Positions 50,568 to 59,588 are shown, numbered from the stretch's first letter. The stretch is DNA of 64,000 bases from Candidatus Hodarchaeota archaeon (GCA_048886685.1 JBHLKM010000009.1:64001-128000); one strand, 5' to 3'. Numbers and translations are program-made. The notes: generated by a model not told the origin, from the sequence alone.

Positions 50568-52244
50568 TTAAAATATTTGGGGAGATTGATATTCTCCAAA
50601 TACTTCTCGTAGTACATCACAAATTTCTTGTATAGTAGCGTATGTTTTGACGGTTTCAATCATAATTGGCATAATATTTTCAGAGGAATAAGCAACTTTT
50701 TTTAGTTGATTCAACTTTTCTTTAACGAGACTTTCATTTCGATTTTTCTTTAAATCTTTAAGAGATTCAATTATTCTGTTCTCAAAATCTTTATCGTGTT
50801 TGAATGTTTCTATTTTATGTTCCTCATCAATACGAAAACTATTTACTCCGATTACTTTATCGATACCTTTATCGATTCTGATTTGTTCCAAATATGCGTT
50901 ATTTAGAAGTTCTTGTTGAATGAATGCATTTTCAATAGCTGCTGGCATACCACCCATTTTATCTATTTTTTCAATATATTCCATAGCTTTTTCTTCTAGT
51001 TTATTTGTTAAATATTCGAGATAATAAGAACCACCTAATGGATCAGCAACATCGGCTACACCTGTCTCATATGCAAGCACTTGTTGTGTTCTTATTGATA
51101 ATCTAGCTGAATCCTCAGTTGGCAGTGATAACGCTTCGTCTGCTCCACAGGTATGAAGAGATTGAGTACCTCCCAAAATTGCCGCTAAACCTTGGAGTGC
51201 AACTCGAACAATATTAACTTGAGGTTGTTGGACTGTAAGTGACATTCCTGCTGTGTGTACATGAAATCTTAATCTAAGAGAATTAGGTTTCTTAGCGCCA
51301 AACCGATTTTTCATAACTTTAGCCCATATTCTCCTCGCAGCTCTTAATTTCGCAATTTCCTCAAAAAAGTTGTTATGCGTAGTGAAAAAGAATGATAATC
51401 TTGGAGCAAACTCATCAACATCTATCCCCCTTTTAAGAACCTCATCAACATAAGAAATACCATCAGCCATAGTAAACGCAATCTCTTGGATAGCATTACT
51501 TCCGGCTGCACGCATATGATAACCACATATACTGATTGTATTAAATAGTGGTAGATGCTTAGAACAATATTCTATTATATCTGCTACTAATCTTAAGGAT
51601 GGTTTTGGAGGAAATATATAAGCACCCCTTGCTACAAATTCTTTCAAAATATCATTTTGAACTGTACCCATTAGCTTTTTTGAATCAATTCCCTGTTTTT
51701 CACCAACAGCAATATACATTGCTAAAATAACAGCGGTTGGGGCATTTATAGTCATGCTAGTAGAGACTTCATCTAAAGGTATCCCGTCAAAAACTCTTTC
51801 AAAATCCTTTAAAGAATTTACAGTGACCCCAATTCTCCCTATTTCCCCAATACATATATTATTATCAGAATCATAGCCCATCTGCGTAGGAAGGTCAAAT
51901 GCGACAGAGAGTCCCTTTTGTCCTTGAGATATCAAAAATTTAAATCTATCATTTGTTTTCTCGGCATCAGCAAACCCTCCATACTGTCTCATTGTCCAAA
52001 TTCTACCGCGATACATATTTGGATATACTCCTCGAGTAAAGGGTGGAGTTCCTGGAAACCCTAAATCTTCAATGAAGTCTAAACTTTCAATATCCTCTGG
52101 ACTATAAACTTGTTTTAAGGGTATTCCTGAGGGTGTTTCAAATTTGTCCTTACGTTCACCTCTATCTGTAAATTTAGATAAATTATTTTCTTCCCACTCC
52201 AATCTCTTGTTTTTTATTTTTTCAAGTTCTTTTCTAGAGAACAT
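50568..52244 (-). CDS. Methylmalonyl-CoA mutase, substrate-binding (large) subunit
   Basis: WTMRQY (Tyr specificity residue), QNDILKE..ARG (Arg), GYH, DPLGGSY; no B12-binding domain. Confidence 0.9.
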   Translation of the reverse strand: MFSRKELEKIKNKRLEWEENNLSKFTDRGERKDKFETPSGIPLKQVYSPEDIESLDFIEDLGFPGTPPFTRGVYPNMYRGRIWTMRQYGGFADAEKTNDRFKFLISQGQKGLSVAFDLPTQMGYDSDNNICIGEIGRIGVTVNSLKDFERVFDGIPLDEVSTSMTINAPTAVILAMYIAVGEKQGIDSKKLMGTVQNDILKEFVARGAYIFPPKPSLRLVADIIEYCSKHLPLFNTISICGYHMRAAGSNAIQEIAFTMADGISYVDEVLKRGIDVDEFAPRLSFFFTTHNNFFEEIAKLRAARRIWAKVMKNRFGAKKPNSLRLRFHVHTAGMSLTVQQPQVNIVRVALQGLAAILGGTQSLHTCGADEALSLPTEDSARLSIRTQQVLAYETGVADVADPLGGSYYLEYLTNKLEEKAMEYIEKIDKMGGMPAAIENAFIQQELLNNAYLEQIRIDKGIDKVIGVNSFRIDEEHKIETFKHDKDFENRIIESLKDLKKNRNESLVKEKLNQLKKVAYSSENIMPIMIETVKTYATIQEICDVLREVFGEYQSPQIF

Positions 52245-52269
52245 ATTCTCATTTCCTCCTTAAATTTAA

Positions 52270-52623
52270 TCAATTTGGTGAAAAAACATAATTATATATT
52301 TCTTTCCCATCTAGATCATCACAAATTTTAGTATAGATGGGTTTTAGTTCCATTCCAGTTTTTAAATTTTCTTGAATTGTCAATTGGCCAAGAGCTTTTA
52401 CTCCGTTTTCAAATTCAACAACTCCTAAGGCATATGAAGAATTTTTCCTAAATTCAGCAGGAGGTGCTTTTAAGATTGTAAAAGTAAGGAGTTTACATGT
52501 TCCTGAAGCATTTATATTTTCAAATGTACTATTTTTACATTTCAAACATCTTATATGAGATTTATGCTGTAAATACCCACAGTTTTTACATTTTATCCAT
52601 GTTTCTTTTTCTACTTTTTCCAT
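52270..52623 (-). CDS. DUF35 / ChsH2-like Zn-ribbon OB-fold protein
   Basis: CKNCG...CLKC followed by an OB fold. Confidence 0.85.
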   Translation of the reverse strand: MEKVEKETWIKCKNCGYLQHKSHIRCLKCKNSTFENINASGTCKLLTFTILKAPPAEFRKNSSYALGVVEFENGVKALGQLTIQENLKTGMELKPIYTKICDDLDGKEIYNYVFSPN

Positions 52624-52714
52624 TGTTGATTCATCTTTTCAAAGAAAAATTATTGTAAAATTCTTATTAATAATAATATAAACTCAATAAAATTCATTTC
52701 GGAGAACTTAGTTT

Positions 52715-53266
52715 TTATAATTCTGCTGATAGAGTTTTGAATTTTTTATACAAGGCCTCAATAATTGCGTTAAATGCCTCAATAACGCCATTCCCCGTTT
52801 TAGCTGACGTTATATAATACCCAAGAAAATTATATTTACTTACTATTTCTTGGATATCAGAATCATCAATGTTATCTTCATCAACTAAATCTACTTTATT
52901 TGCGAACAATACAATAGGAATATTTCCACAATATTTTAAAATTTCTTTATACCAATCAGGAATATGATTGAAACTCTCTTCACCAAGTTTGTTTTCTTCT
53001 AGACTATATACAATTATGGCTGCTTCACTTCTCTTATAAAAAGAAGGTCGTAAGAAATGAAAGGTATCTTGTCCTGCTATATCCCAAAATTGTAATTTAA
53101 TTTTGTCCCCATCTATTTCTTTAACATACGTTGATAGTTGAGCCCCAATTGTCTTAATATATTCCTTTTCAAAGTAACTATGTGTAAATTTTTGAATTAA
53201 TGAAGTTTTACCTACCTGCCCGTCACCAATCACGGTGATTTTGAAAATAAAGCTTATATCATTCAT
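52715..53266 (-). CDS. Rab-like small GTPase (cluster paralog 1)
   Basis: GDGQVGKT, TIGAQ, WDIAGQ, NKVD, TSAK. Confidence 0.92.
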   Translation of the reverse strand: MNDISFIFKITVIGDGQVGKTSLIQKFTHSYFEKEYIKTIGAQLSTYVKEIDGDKIKLQFWDIAGQDTFHFLRPSFYKRSEAAIIVYSLEENKLGEESFNHIPDWYKEILKYCGNIPIVLFANKVDLVDEDNIDDSDIQEIVSKYNFLGYYITSAKTGNGVIEAFNAIIEALYKKFKTLSAEL

Positions 53267-53445
53267 AGAATTTTGAATAAAGATCAGAATAATAAGTTAA
53301 ATAAATCTTATATGATGTAAGATTAGATTTATTATGTTATAAAATTTTTGAATATTCTCGTCAATAACCTAAAAGAATCTAGAACAATCAATAATTATCA
53401 AAGCTCAGTAATTCTTCTTTAAACTGAATAATCAATCTTTTAATT

Positions 53446-54003
53446 CTACAGATTATCAGATAATGATTTAAACTTATCATATAACTCATCTATCAATGTA
53501 TTAAATGCTGTAAGTACGCCCTTCCCTGTTTTTGCTGATGTTAAGTAGTACCCCATAAAATTATTCTCTTCAACTATTTTTTTGATAGCTGAATGGTCTA
53601 TAGTATCTTCGTCAACCAGATCAACTTTATTTGCAAATACAACTATCGGAACATCTCCACAATGTTTTACAATTTCCTCATGCCAAGTTGATATGGATTT
53701 AAAACTCTCGTCCCCAAGTTCAGTTTCCTCAAGACTATATACAATAATAGCAGCTTTACTGTTTTTAAAAAAAGAGGGACGTAAAAAGTGAAAAGTATCC
53801 TGCCCCGCTATGTCCCAAAATAATAGTCTGATTTTATCTCCTTTTATTTCCTTATTATACACTGAAAACTGTGCTCCTATTGTCTTAACATAATCCTTCT
53901 TAAATGATCCTTGAGTGAACTTCTTAATAAGGGAAGTTTTTCCAACCATTCCATCACCGATAACCGTTACTTTGAATCGAAACCTACGTCCTTCCTCACT
54001 CAT
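53446..54003 (-). CDS. Rab-like small GTPase (cluster paralog 2)
   Basis: GDGMVGKT, TIGAQF, WDIAGQ, NKVD, TSAK. Confidence 0.92.
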   Translation of the reverse strand: MSEEGRRFRFKVTVIGDGMVGKTSLIKKFTQGSFKKDYVKTIGAQFSVYNKEIKGDKIRLLFWDIAGQDTFHFLRPSFFKNSKAAIIVYSLEETELGDESFKSISTWHEEIVKHCGDVPIVVFANKVDLVDEDTIDHSAIKKIVEENNFMGYYLTSAKTGKGVLTAFNTLIDELYDKFKSLSDNL

Positions 54004-54156
54004 AGAATCTTAAAAGAAATAATTTGTGTATTTATTCTAGTTAAAAAATTATATTTAAACTAAGATCAGTTATTTTTTAATATAAAATTTTGGTTTCTGA
54101 TTAAAATAAACTGAAAAATAGACAATTTTATATTTAAATTAAAAAAAATTAAAAAA

Positions 54157-54192
54157 AAGTTTGGATTATTTGAGATCTTTTAATCCAAACTT
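54157..54192 (-). terminator. 12-bp perfect hairpin followed by U-tracts
   Basis: aagtttggatta-N12-taatccaaactt; A-runs to the left give poly-U on the minus strand. Confidence 0.6.
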
Positions 54193-54273
54193 GAATTTTT
54201 TTGGATTTAAAAGATAATCTCCTATCGAATATTTCCAATCATCTTTTTTCTTCTTTTTCTTCGTTTTTTTCAA
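54166..54273 (-). CDS. Putative Lys-rich micropeptide (35 aa from TTG; start uncertain)
   Basis: MKKTKKKKKKDDWKYSIGDYLLNPKKFKFGLKDLK*; GGAGGT overlaps the TTG and lies 7 nt before an in-frame ACG. Confidence 0.4.
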   Translation of the reverse strand: MKKTKKKKKKDDWKYSIGDYLLNPKKFKFGLKDLK

Positions 54274-54299
54274 CCTCCATTAAATTTTTTGATAACTAA

Positions 54300-54392
54300 T
54301 TATTTTATTATACGATTAATAAACTCCTTATGTTCTTCTAAACCGTTCTTTATCTTAATCCTCTCAATTCTCTCTAATTTTTTGTTTTTCAT
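54300..54392 (-). CDS. Putative micropeptide (30 aa)
   Basis: MKNKKLERIERIKIKNGLEEHKEFINRIIK* with GGGGAGGG 9 nt upstream. Confidence 0.5.
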   Translation of the reverse strand: MKNKKLERIERIKIKNGLEEHKEFINRIIK

Positions 54393-54437
54393 TATTTTTC
54401 GCCCTCCCCTTATCATTTAGATATATATCAAAAAAAT

Positions 54438-54464
54438 GGAGGGGGAAAATTTAGGTCCCCCTCC
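54438..54464 (-). terminator. GC-rich 9-bp hairpin followed by a U-tract
   Basis: ggaggggga-N9-tccccctcc, then ATTTTTTT on the minus strand. Confidence 0.6.
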
Positions 54465-54544
54465 CCCTGATTTTATTTCTCCCTGACTTTTCTACTTCGG
54501 TTTGTCGGATGAATTGAATCAGCGTGAAGATGACAGAATTAATT

Positions 54545-54790
54545 TTAATAATTTCCGAAATTCCTGTAATTTATACTTCTTCTGATGTTCTCTATAGGAA
54601 TTTGTTCTTCTAAATACTTAGGATTATATTTAGCTTTCTTCAATAATTTCAATAAAGCTTTTTTAACTGGTTTCTCCTCTGCTTTTACTCGAACTATTGT
54701 ATAATCTTCTTCAATAGCAGGGAGCTCTTCTAATATAATTACATCTTCTAATACCTCTAGTTCCTTTTTCTTAATTAAAACTTGGACCAT
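54545..54790 (-). CDS. NPxYxEExI-family microprotein A (81 aa)
   Basis: GGAGGTG upstream of ATG 54790; MVQVLI...YNPKYLEEQIPIE. Confidence 0.75.
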   Translation of the reverse strand: MVQVLIKKKELEVLEDVIILEELPAIEEDYTIVRVKAEEKPVKKALLKLLKKAKYNPKYLEEQIPIENIRRSINYRNFGNY

Positions 54791-54832
54791 TTTATAAACC
54801 ACCTCCAATTCATGTTTCTAAACTATTGTAAA

Positions 54833-55087
54833 TTAAAAAACCCTAAAAATATTGAATTTGGAATTAGCAATTATATCTGAGGTATATAATTTTTCTTTTG
54901 TATCTTTTAGTGGAATTACTTCTTCGAAGTATCTAGGATTTTGATTCTTGAATAATTCAAATAGTTCAATTTGTTTTTTAATTTGCTCAATATCTTTTTG
55001 TTCTTCTTTAGAAGTTTTTCCCGAAAGAACTATATATAGATCTTTAAGTTCAATAATGGTATCTTCATTTACTATTACTTGTCTCAT
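54833..55087 (-). CDS. NPxYxEExI-family microprotein B (84 aa)
   Basis: MRQVIV...QNPRYFEEVIPLKD...SKFNIFRVF*. Confidence 0.75.
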   Translation of the reverse strand: MRQVIVNEDTIIELKDLYIVLSGKTSKEEQKDIEQIKKQIELFELFKNQNPRYFEEVIPLKDTKEKLYTSDIIANSKFNIFRVF

Positions 55088-55155
55088 TTTTTTCACACTC
55101 TTTTTTTCCTATAAGATTACTTAGATCAAGGTTTAATTAATAGTTTGATTTCGCA

Positions 55156-55171
55156 AAGTTCAAATGGAATT
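55156..55171. promoter_or_regulatory. Degenerate AACTYY-N4-RRAGTT box
   Basis: AAGTTC-AAAT-GGAATT, 13 nt upstream of a minus-strand TATTAATTAAA. Confidence 0.55.
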
Positions 55172-55313
55172 TAAGACTTGTTTTAGACTTTTATCAACTT
55201 TTCTTAAAAAAAATCTCTGTTTAATATGAGTTTAAATCTAGGTAGTTGCTATAGATTTTAGAGCCTATGAGTAGAATGGTCTAGCAATCGGTAAAGGTTC
55301 AACTCATTAGGTT

Positions 55314-55634
55314 TTAAAAATTTCTTGACCAATATTCCTCGTAAGTTAAATTGTTGGGTATATCTCTATTACCCCTATAAATTCGAGGAACAGCTTTAGA
55401 ATCTATTAATATCTTGATGAATTTATAGTTAGCTAAATGATCGAGAGCATCCTTAAATTGATAATAAGACTTATAATCTTGTACTTTACCCGTGATATCT
55501 ATCAAATCATAATCAAAGAGTAATTGATCAATATTCGGAAATTGATCCTGAAGCCAATTGTCTCTACAATCTTCAATAATTTTTATAGCATATTCAAAGT
55601 TGCTAGAGTGAGTTTTTGAAGAAAAACTTGTCAT
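55314..55634 (-). CDS. Hypothetical protein (106 aa from ATG 55634)
   Basis: MTSFSSKTH...FKDALDHLANYKFIKI...; possible winged-helix pattern. Confidence 0.6.
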   Translation of the reverse strand: MTSFSSKTHSSNFEYAIKIIEDCRDNWLQDQFPNIDQLLFDYDLIDITGKVQDYKSYYQFKDALDHLANYKFIKILIDSKAVPRIYRGNRDIPNNLTYEEYWSRNF

Positions 55635-55778
55635 ATTCGCATAAATGATAAAATACTTTGTTTTTAAGGATTTCAAAAACAGAAAATTTTTATATGAATT
55701 AGTCGAATTACGAAAAGTAAATCTAATCACTAAAATAAATACATAAAAATGAGAGATTAAAAAAATTATTTTATACTT

Positions 55779-55955
55779 CTAAAAAACACTAAAGAGATCA
55801 TATTTAGATCCTACACAAGCATGAATTTGGTCTTTCGCTTCTTTTAGATGGATAGCTTCCTCAAAATATCTTGGGTTTAAATCTCCAAGAAGTGCTTGAT
55901 TTTCTTCAACTTTAGGTCGTTTCATTATCATTATTTTTTGATAAGTTTGGGTCAT
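55779..55955 (-). CDS. NPxYxEExI-family microprotein C (58 aa, not in the ORF track)
   Basis: MTQTYQKIMIMKRPKVEENQALLGDLNPRYFEEAIHLKEAKDQIHACVGSKYDLFSVF*; homologous to B, with a homologous promoter. Confidence 0.8.
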   Translation of the reverse strand: MTQTYQKIMIMKRPKVEENQALLGDLNPRYFEEAIHLKEAKDQIHACVGSKYDLFSVF

Positions 55956-56029
55956 TTTTTATAAACACTTTTTCGGTTTTTTTATTAAGAATAATTAGAG
56001 CAAGGTTTAATATATAGTTTAATTCTATG

Positions 56030-56045
56030 AACTCTGAGTGGAGTC
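56030..56045. promoter_or_regulatory. AACTYY-N4-RRAGTT box
   Basis: AACTCT-GAGT-GGAGTC, 13 nt upstream of a minus-strand TATATATTAAA. Confidence 0.65.
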
Positions 56046-56121
56046 TTAGATTCTATTTAGATCATCCCTTAATTCTCCAGAATTTTACATTTTATACGTC
56101 CAGATATAATGTTCATTTTTG

Positions 56122-56137
56122 AACTCTAATTAGAGTT
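56122..56137. promoter_or_regulatory. AACTYY-N4-RRAGTT box (perfect 16-bp palindrome)
   Basis: AACTCTAATTAGAGTT, 10 nt upstream of the plus-strand TATATAAA of the 56211 gene. Confidence 0.7.
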
Positions 56138-56210
56138 TGGATCAAAATATATAAATAAACCCTTTTCATATTATTATTATAAGTAATATTTATTGGTAAT
56201 TGGATGAATT

Positions 56211-58733
56211 TTGGTTCCATCTTGTAATTATCCCCCTGACGAGATTTTAAATCCTGTAATTGGTAAGCCTAATTATGAGTATATTATTCTGTGGATATTG
56301 AGTAATAATGAAATATGCTCATGGGCAGATTTAAAAGAAAAAGTGAATAGATCAACGCTTTCTAATTATTTACGTGACCTTAAGCGTAATGGATATGTTT
56401 TAAAAAGTGATTTCAATCAATATAAAATCACATCTAAAGGAAGGGAAAGATATTACGAATTAGGACAAGCCAAGAAGGGAGGAAGGAACTTAAGTTTTCC
56501 TCCTAAGGTAATTCTCGAAAAAAGGAATTATGACCATACGATCCTTTGGATGACCTATAACAATAATTACTGTAAGTGGGCAGATTTTCTTGAAGAACCT
56601 CTTTCTATTAATCAATCTTCCTTATCAAAGAATATGAATAAATTAATGGAAAAAAATTTTGTAATAAAAGAAGAAAAGGAATATAGAATTACTCGATTGG
56701 GAAAATCGGAATATTCTAAAATGCTAACCTATTATGATCTAGACAGACAGTCGATTTTAGAAGAAGAAAGCAAAAGAATTTCTGATTTAACACAAAAAAC
56801 ACTAAATTTCTTCGCAAAATTTGAAATTATTGAAAGAGATATTCAATTTCGATTCCTAAATAGTGTTCTAAGGTTAGATTATGAAAAAATTAAAACCGTT
56901 TTAAGAGAGGAGGAGGATTTTCATAAAATACTGCTGTTCCTTTCAATTAATCATCCAAATGATTATCCTAAATATGTATCACCTGAAGAATTCTCTGAAA
57001 AATATGGAATTAAAAAAACTACTCTTGATTATTATATTGATGAAATTGTAGAGAATCAAATTTTTCCAATAAAATTTTTTAAATTGGTGGTGCTCCCAAA
57101 TAAATTCTATTATTTCCAATCAGATGAAAAAGTCGAGATGATGCTTAGGATTATTACAGAGGAGCATATTACAAAGTTTACCTATCTAAATAAGCTTTTT
57201 GAGGGCAAATCAGATTTAATTCTCCCTCTGAATATGAGTTCTACGGTAAACGCTATTTTAGAAGAAGCTTGCCAAAATGTATTTGATGAAGGATTAAAAA
57301 ATTCATTAAGAAAATTATTACCTGAATATATCAATTACTTAGCATACAAAATCGAAAAAGAAAAGAAGTTGGTTGGTGTTTCTGATAAATTGGAAGGAAT
57401 TATTTGGCAGAACATTCCTGAAATAATTCAATCAGACATTTACAAAACTTCTCAATATCAATTTATAAGTGAGAGTGAAATGAATTATTATTTAGATACC
57501 TCAATATTAGAAATATTACAGCCTTACCTAGCTTTCTGGTTTAAGCAGGAAGAGTTAAATTTAAAAATCCAAGAGTACTTAAAATCGAAAGAATATGATA
57601 AGGCTTTAAAATTGGATGAATTAGGTAAGGTTTTTACTTATTCTAAATCGAAGATAAAGAATTTGGATCTCATTATTGTTAAAGGGATTATTCTTTGCCA
57701 TTTGAATAGAAATAGAGAATCGATAGATTTTCTAATGGATAATGTAGATTTATCTATTATTAATAAAGAAGATGAGATATATGCACCATATCTTTTTGTG
57801 TTAGCTTTTTCATATATGACTCTTGGAGATATTAAAAACGCTCTGAATATGGCATATAAAGCAATAGAAATATTTCCTAAAATACCTCTTTCTCATATTT
57901 TAAAGGGACTTGTACTTGGTTATAATAGTATTTATAATTTCGATGCAGAAAAGGCAGATAAAGAAAATGGGATAAGTGATATAGATAAAGCTATTAATTT
58001 AGAATCAAATAAATTCAACAAAGCAAGATATTATCAGTTAAAGAGCCAAATCTTATTAGAATTGAATAACTATGAAAATGCTTTAGAATCGATTGATAAC
58101 GCACTTGAATTAAATCCTAAAACTCTAGATTTGTATAATTCTAAATTTAGGATTTTGAATTATTTTGATAAGTTCTATGAAATAATAGCTATATTGGATA
58201 AATTACTAATTGATTTTCCTGAGTGGGAAAAGAATCTTAAAATTAAAAAAATATACATGCTCAAAGAAATGAAAAATATTGAAGAAGGCCTAGAGATTAT
58301 CAATGAATTAATCGAAAAATATCCTGAAGATAATAATCTTCTTCTTAATAAGATATATTGGTTACAATATTTAGATGAAAAAGAAGAGGTAATAACAACT
58401 ATAGAGAAGCTTATACAAGAAAATCCCAAGGTAGGAATATACCGTGATACTTATGGAGAGATTTTAATGAATTTTGAGGAATATGAAAAAGCCATAAAGG
58501 AATTCTTAAAAACGATAGAATTAGCTAGTGATGATTGGTATATTAATCAAACCTATATAAAGTTGGGAATATGTTATAAGGAACTTGAAGACTATGATTT
58601 AGCAACTGAATATCTTATGAAAGGTCAAGAATATACAAACAAATGCTTTTGTGATCTTGAAACAAAAAGAAGATGGATGGCAATTGTTAGTCTCTATTTG
58701 GCAGAAATTGAACAACTAGAAGCCGATTTTTAA
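56211..58733 (+). CDS. Tandem winged-HTH / TPR-repeat regulator (long form)
   Basis: Two repeats PP..I...NY..IILW...NN..C.WAD...STLS..L..L...G.V......Y.IT..G; third HTH-like segment; C-terminal TPRs (DTYGEIL...EEYEKAI, IKLGICY). Confidence 0.8.
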   Translation: MVPSCNYPPDEILNPVIGKPNYEYIILWILSNNEICSWADLKEKVNRSTLSNYLRDLKRNGYVLKSDFNQYKITSKGRERYYELGQAKKGGRNLSFPPKVILEKRNYDHTILWMTYNNNYCKWADFLEEPLSINQSSLSKNMNKLMEKNFVIKEEKEYRITRLGKSEYSKMLTYYDLDRQSILEEESKRISDLTQKTLNFFAKFEIIERDIQFRFLNSVLRLDYEKIKTVLREEEDFHKILLFLSINHPNDYPKYVSPEEFSEKYGIKKTTLDYYIDEIVENQIFPIKFFKLVVLPNKFYYFQSDEKVEMMLRIITEEHITKFTYLNKLFEGKSDLILPLNMSSTVNAILEEACQNVFDEGLKNSLRKLLPEYINYLAYKIEKEKKLVGVSDKLEGIIWQNIPEIIQSDIYKTSQYQFISESEMNYYLDTSILEILQPYLAFWFKQEELNLKIQEYLKSKEYDKALKLDELGKVFTYSKSKIKNLDLIIVKGIILCHLNRNRESIDFLMDNVDLSIINKEDEIYAPYLFVLAFSYMTLGDIKNALNMAYKAIEIFPKIPLSHILKGLVLGYNSIYNFDAEKADKENGISDIDKAINLESNKFNKARYYQLKSQILLELNNYENALESIDNALELNPKTLDLYNSKFRILNYFDKFYEIIAILDKLLIDFPEWEKNLKIKKIYMLKEMKNIEEGLEIINELIEKYPEDNNLLLNKIYWLQYLDEKEEVITTIEKLIQENPKVGIYRDTYGEILMNFEEYEKAIKEFLKTIELASDDWYINQTYIKLGICYKELEDYDLATEYLMKGQEYTNKCFCDLETKRRWMAIVSLYLAEIEQLEADF

Positions 58734-58741
58734 AAAAACAC

Positions 58742-59284
58742 TTAGGTTAAAACCTTGGATTTATTATACAATTCATTAATAATAATATTAAAAGCCTCAT
58801 GAACACCTTGCCCTGTTTTTGCTGAAGTTAAGTAATATCCTAAAAAACCTTGTTCTTCAACAATTTTTTGAATCGGAGTATCATCCAAATTATCTTCATC
58901 AATTAAGTCGACTTTATTAGCAAAAAGAATTATTGGGATTTCTCCACAGAATTTTTTAATATTCTCATACCAATTGGTTATATGCTCAAAACTTCGTTTA
59001 CCTAACTCATTTTCCTCAAGACTATAAACAATAATTGCTGCTCCGCTTTCCTTATAAAATGAAGGTCGTAGAAATAGGAAATCATCTTGACCGGCTATAT
59101 CCCAGAAGATCAATCGAATCTCATCTCCCTCTATTTCTTTTTCATATTTAGAGAATTGGGCACCTATGGTCTTAACATAATCTTTCTCAAATGAACTCTG
59201 AGTAAACTGTTTAATCAATGAAGTTTTACCTACTTGTCCATCTCCTATGACGGAAATTTTAAATCGAAATTGTGCAGCAGTCAT
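58742..59284 (-). CDS. Rab-like small GTPase (cluster paralog 3)
   Basis: GDGQVGKT, TIGAQF, WDIAGQ, NKVD, TSAK. Confidence 0.92.
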   Translation of the reverse strand: MTAAQFRFKISVIGDGQVGKTSLIKQFTQSSFEKDYVKTIGAQFSKYEKEIEGDEIRLIFWDIAGQDDFLFLRPSFYKESGAAIIVYSLEENELGKRSFEHITNWYENIKKFCGEIPIILFANKVDLIDEDNLDDTPIQKIVEEQGFLGYYLTSAKTGQGVHEAFNIIINELYNKSKVLT

Positions 59285-59507
59285 TTACTTTTTTGGAGAA
59301 ATCACTATTTCATGTTTTATTTAATAGTAGATTAGGTTTTTTGTAATTTAAAATTTTAGTTATTAAAAAAAACCTAGTTGATACAAATTTAGTGATTAAA
59401 TATTAAAAGATTTGAATTTCATTTAATGAAATTAGTTAAATATCAACTAAAATACAATTAAAATTAAAGATTTGATAAAAATTAAAAAAGAAGAATAAAA
59501 AAAGAAT

Positions 59508-59588
59508 TTATTTACGTAAATCCTTAAAAGCCCAATTTTGGAAATGATTATTTATATTTATTAATCCTTTATTCGCATTTTTTCTCAT
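59508..59588 (-). CDS. Putative micropeptide (26 aa, not in the ORF track)
   Basis: MRKNANKGLININNHFQNWAFKDLRK*; GAGGG 7 nt upstream; box-associated promoter. Confidence 0.6.
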   Translation of the reverse strand: MRKNANKGLININNHFQNWAFKDLRK

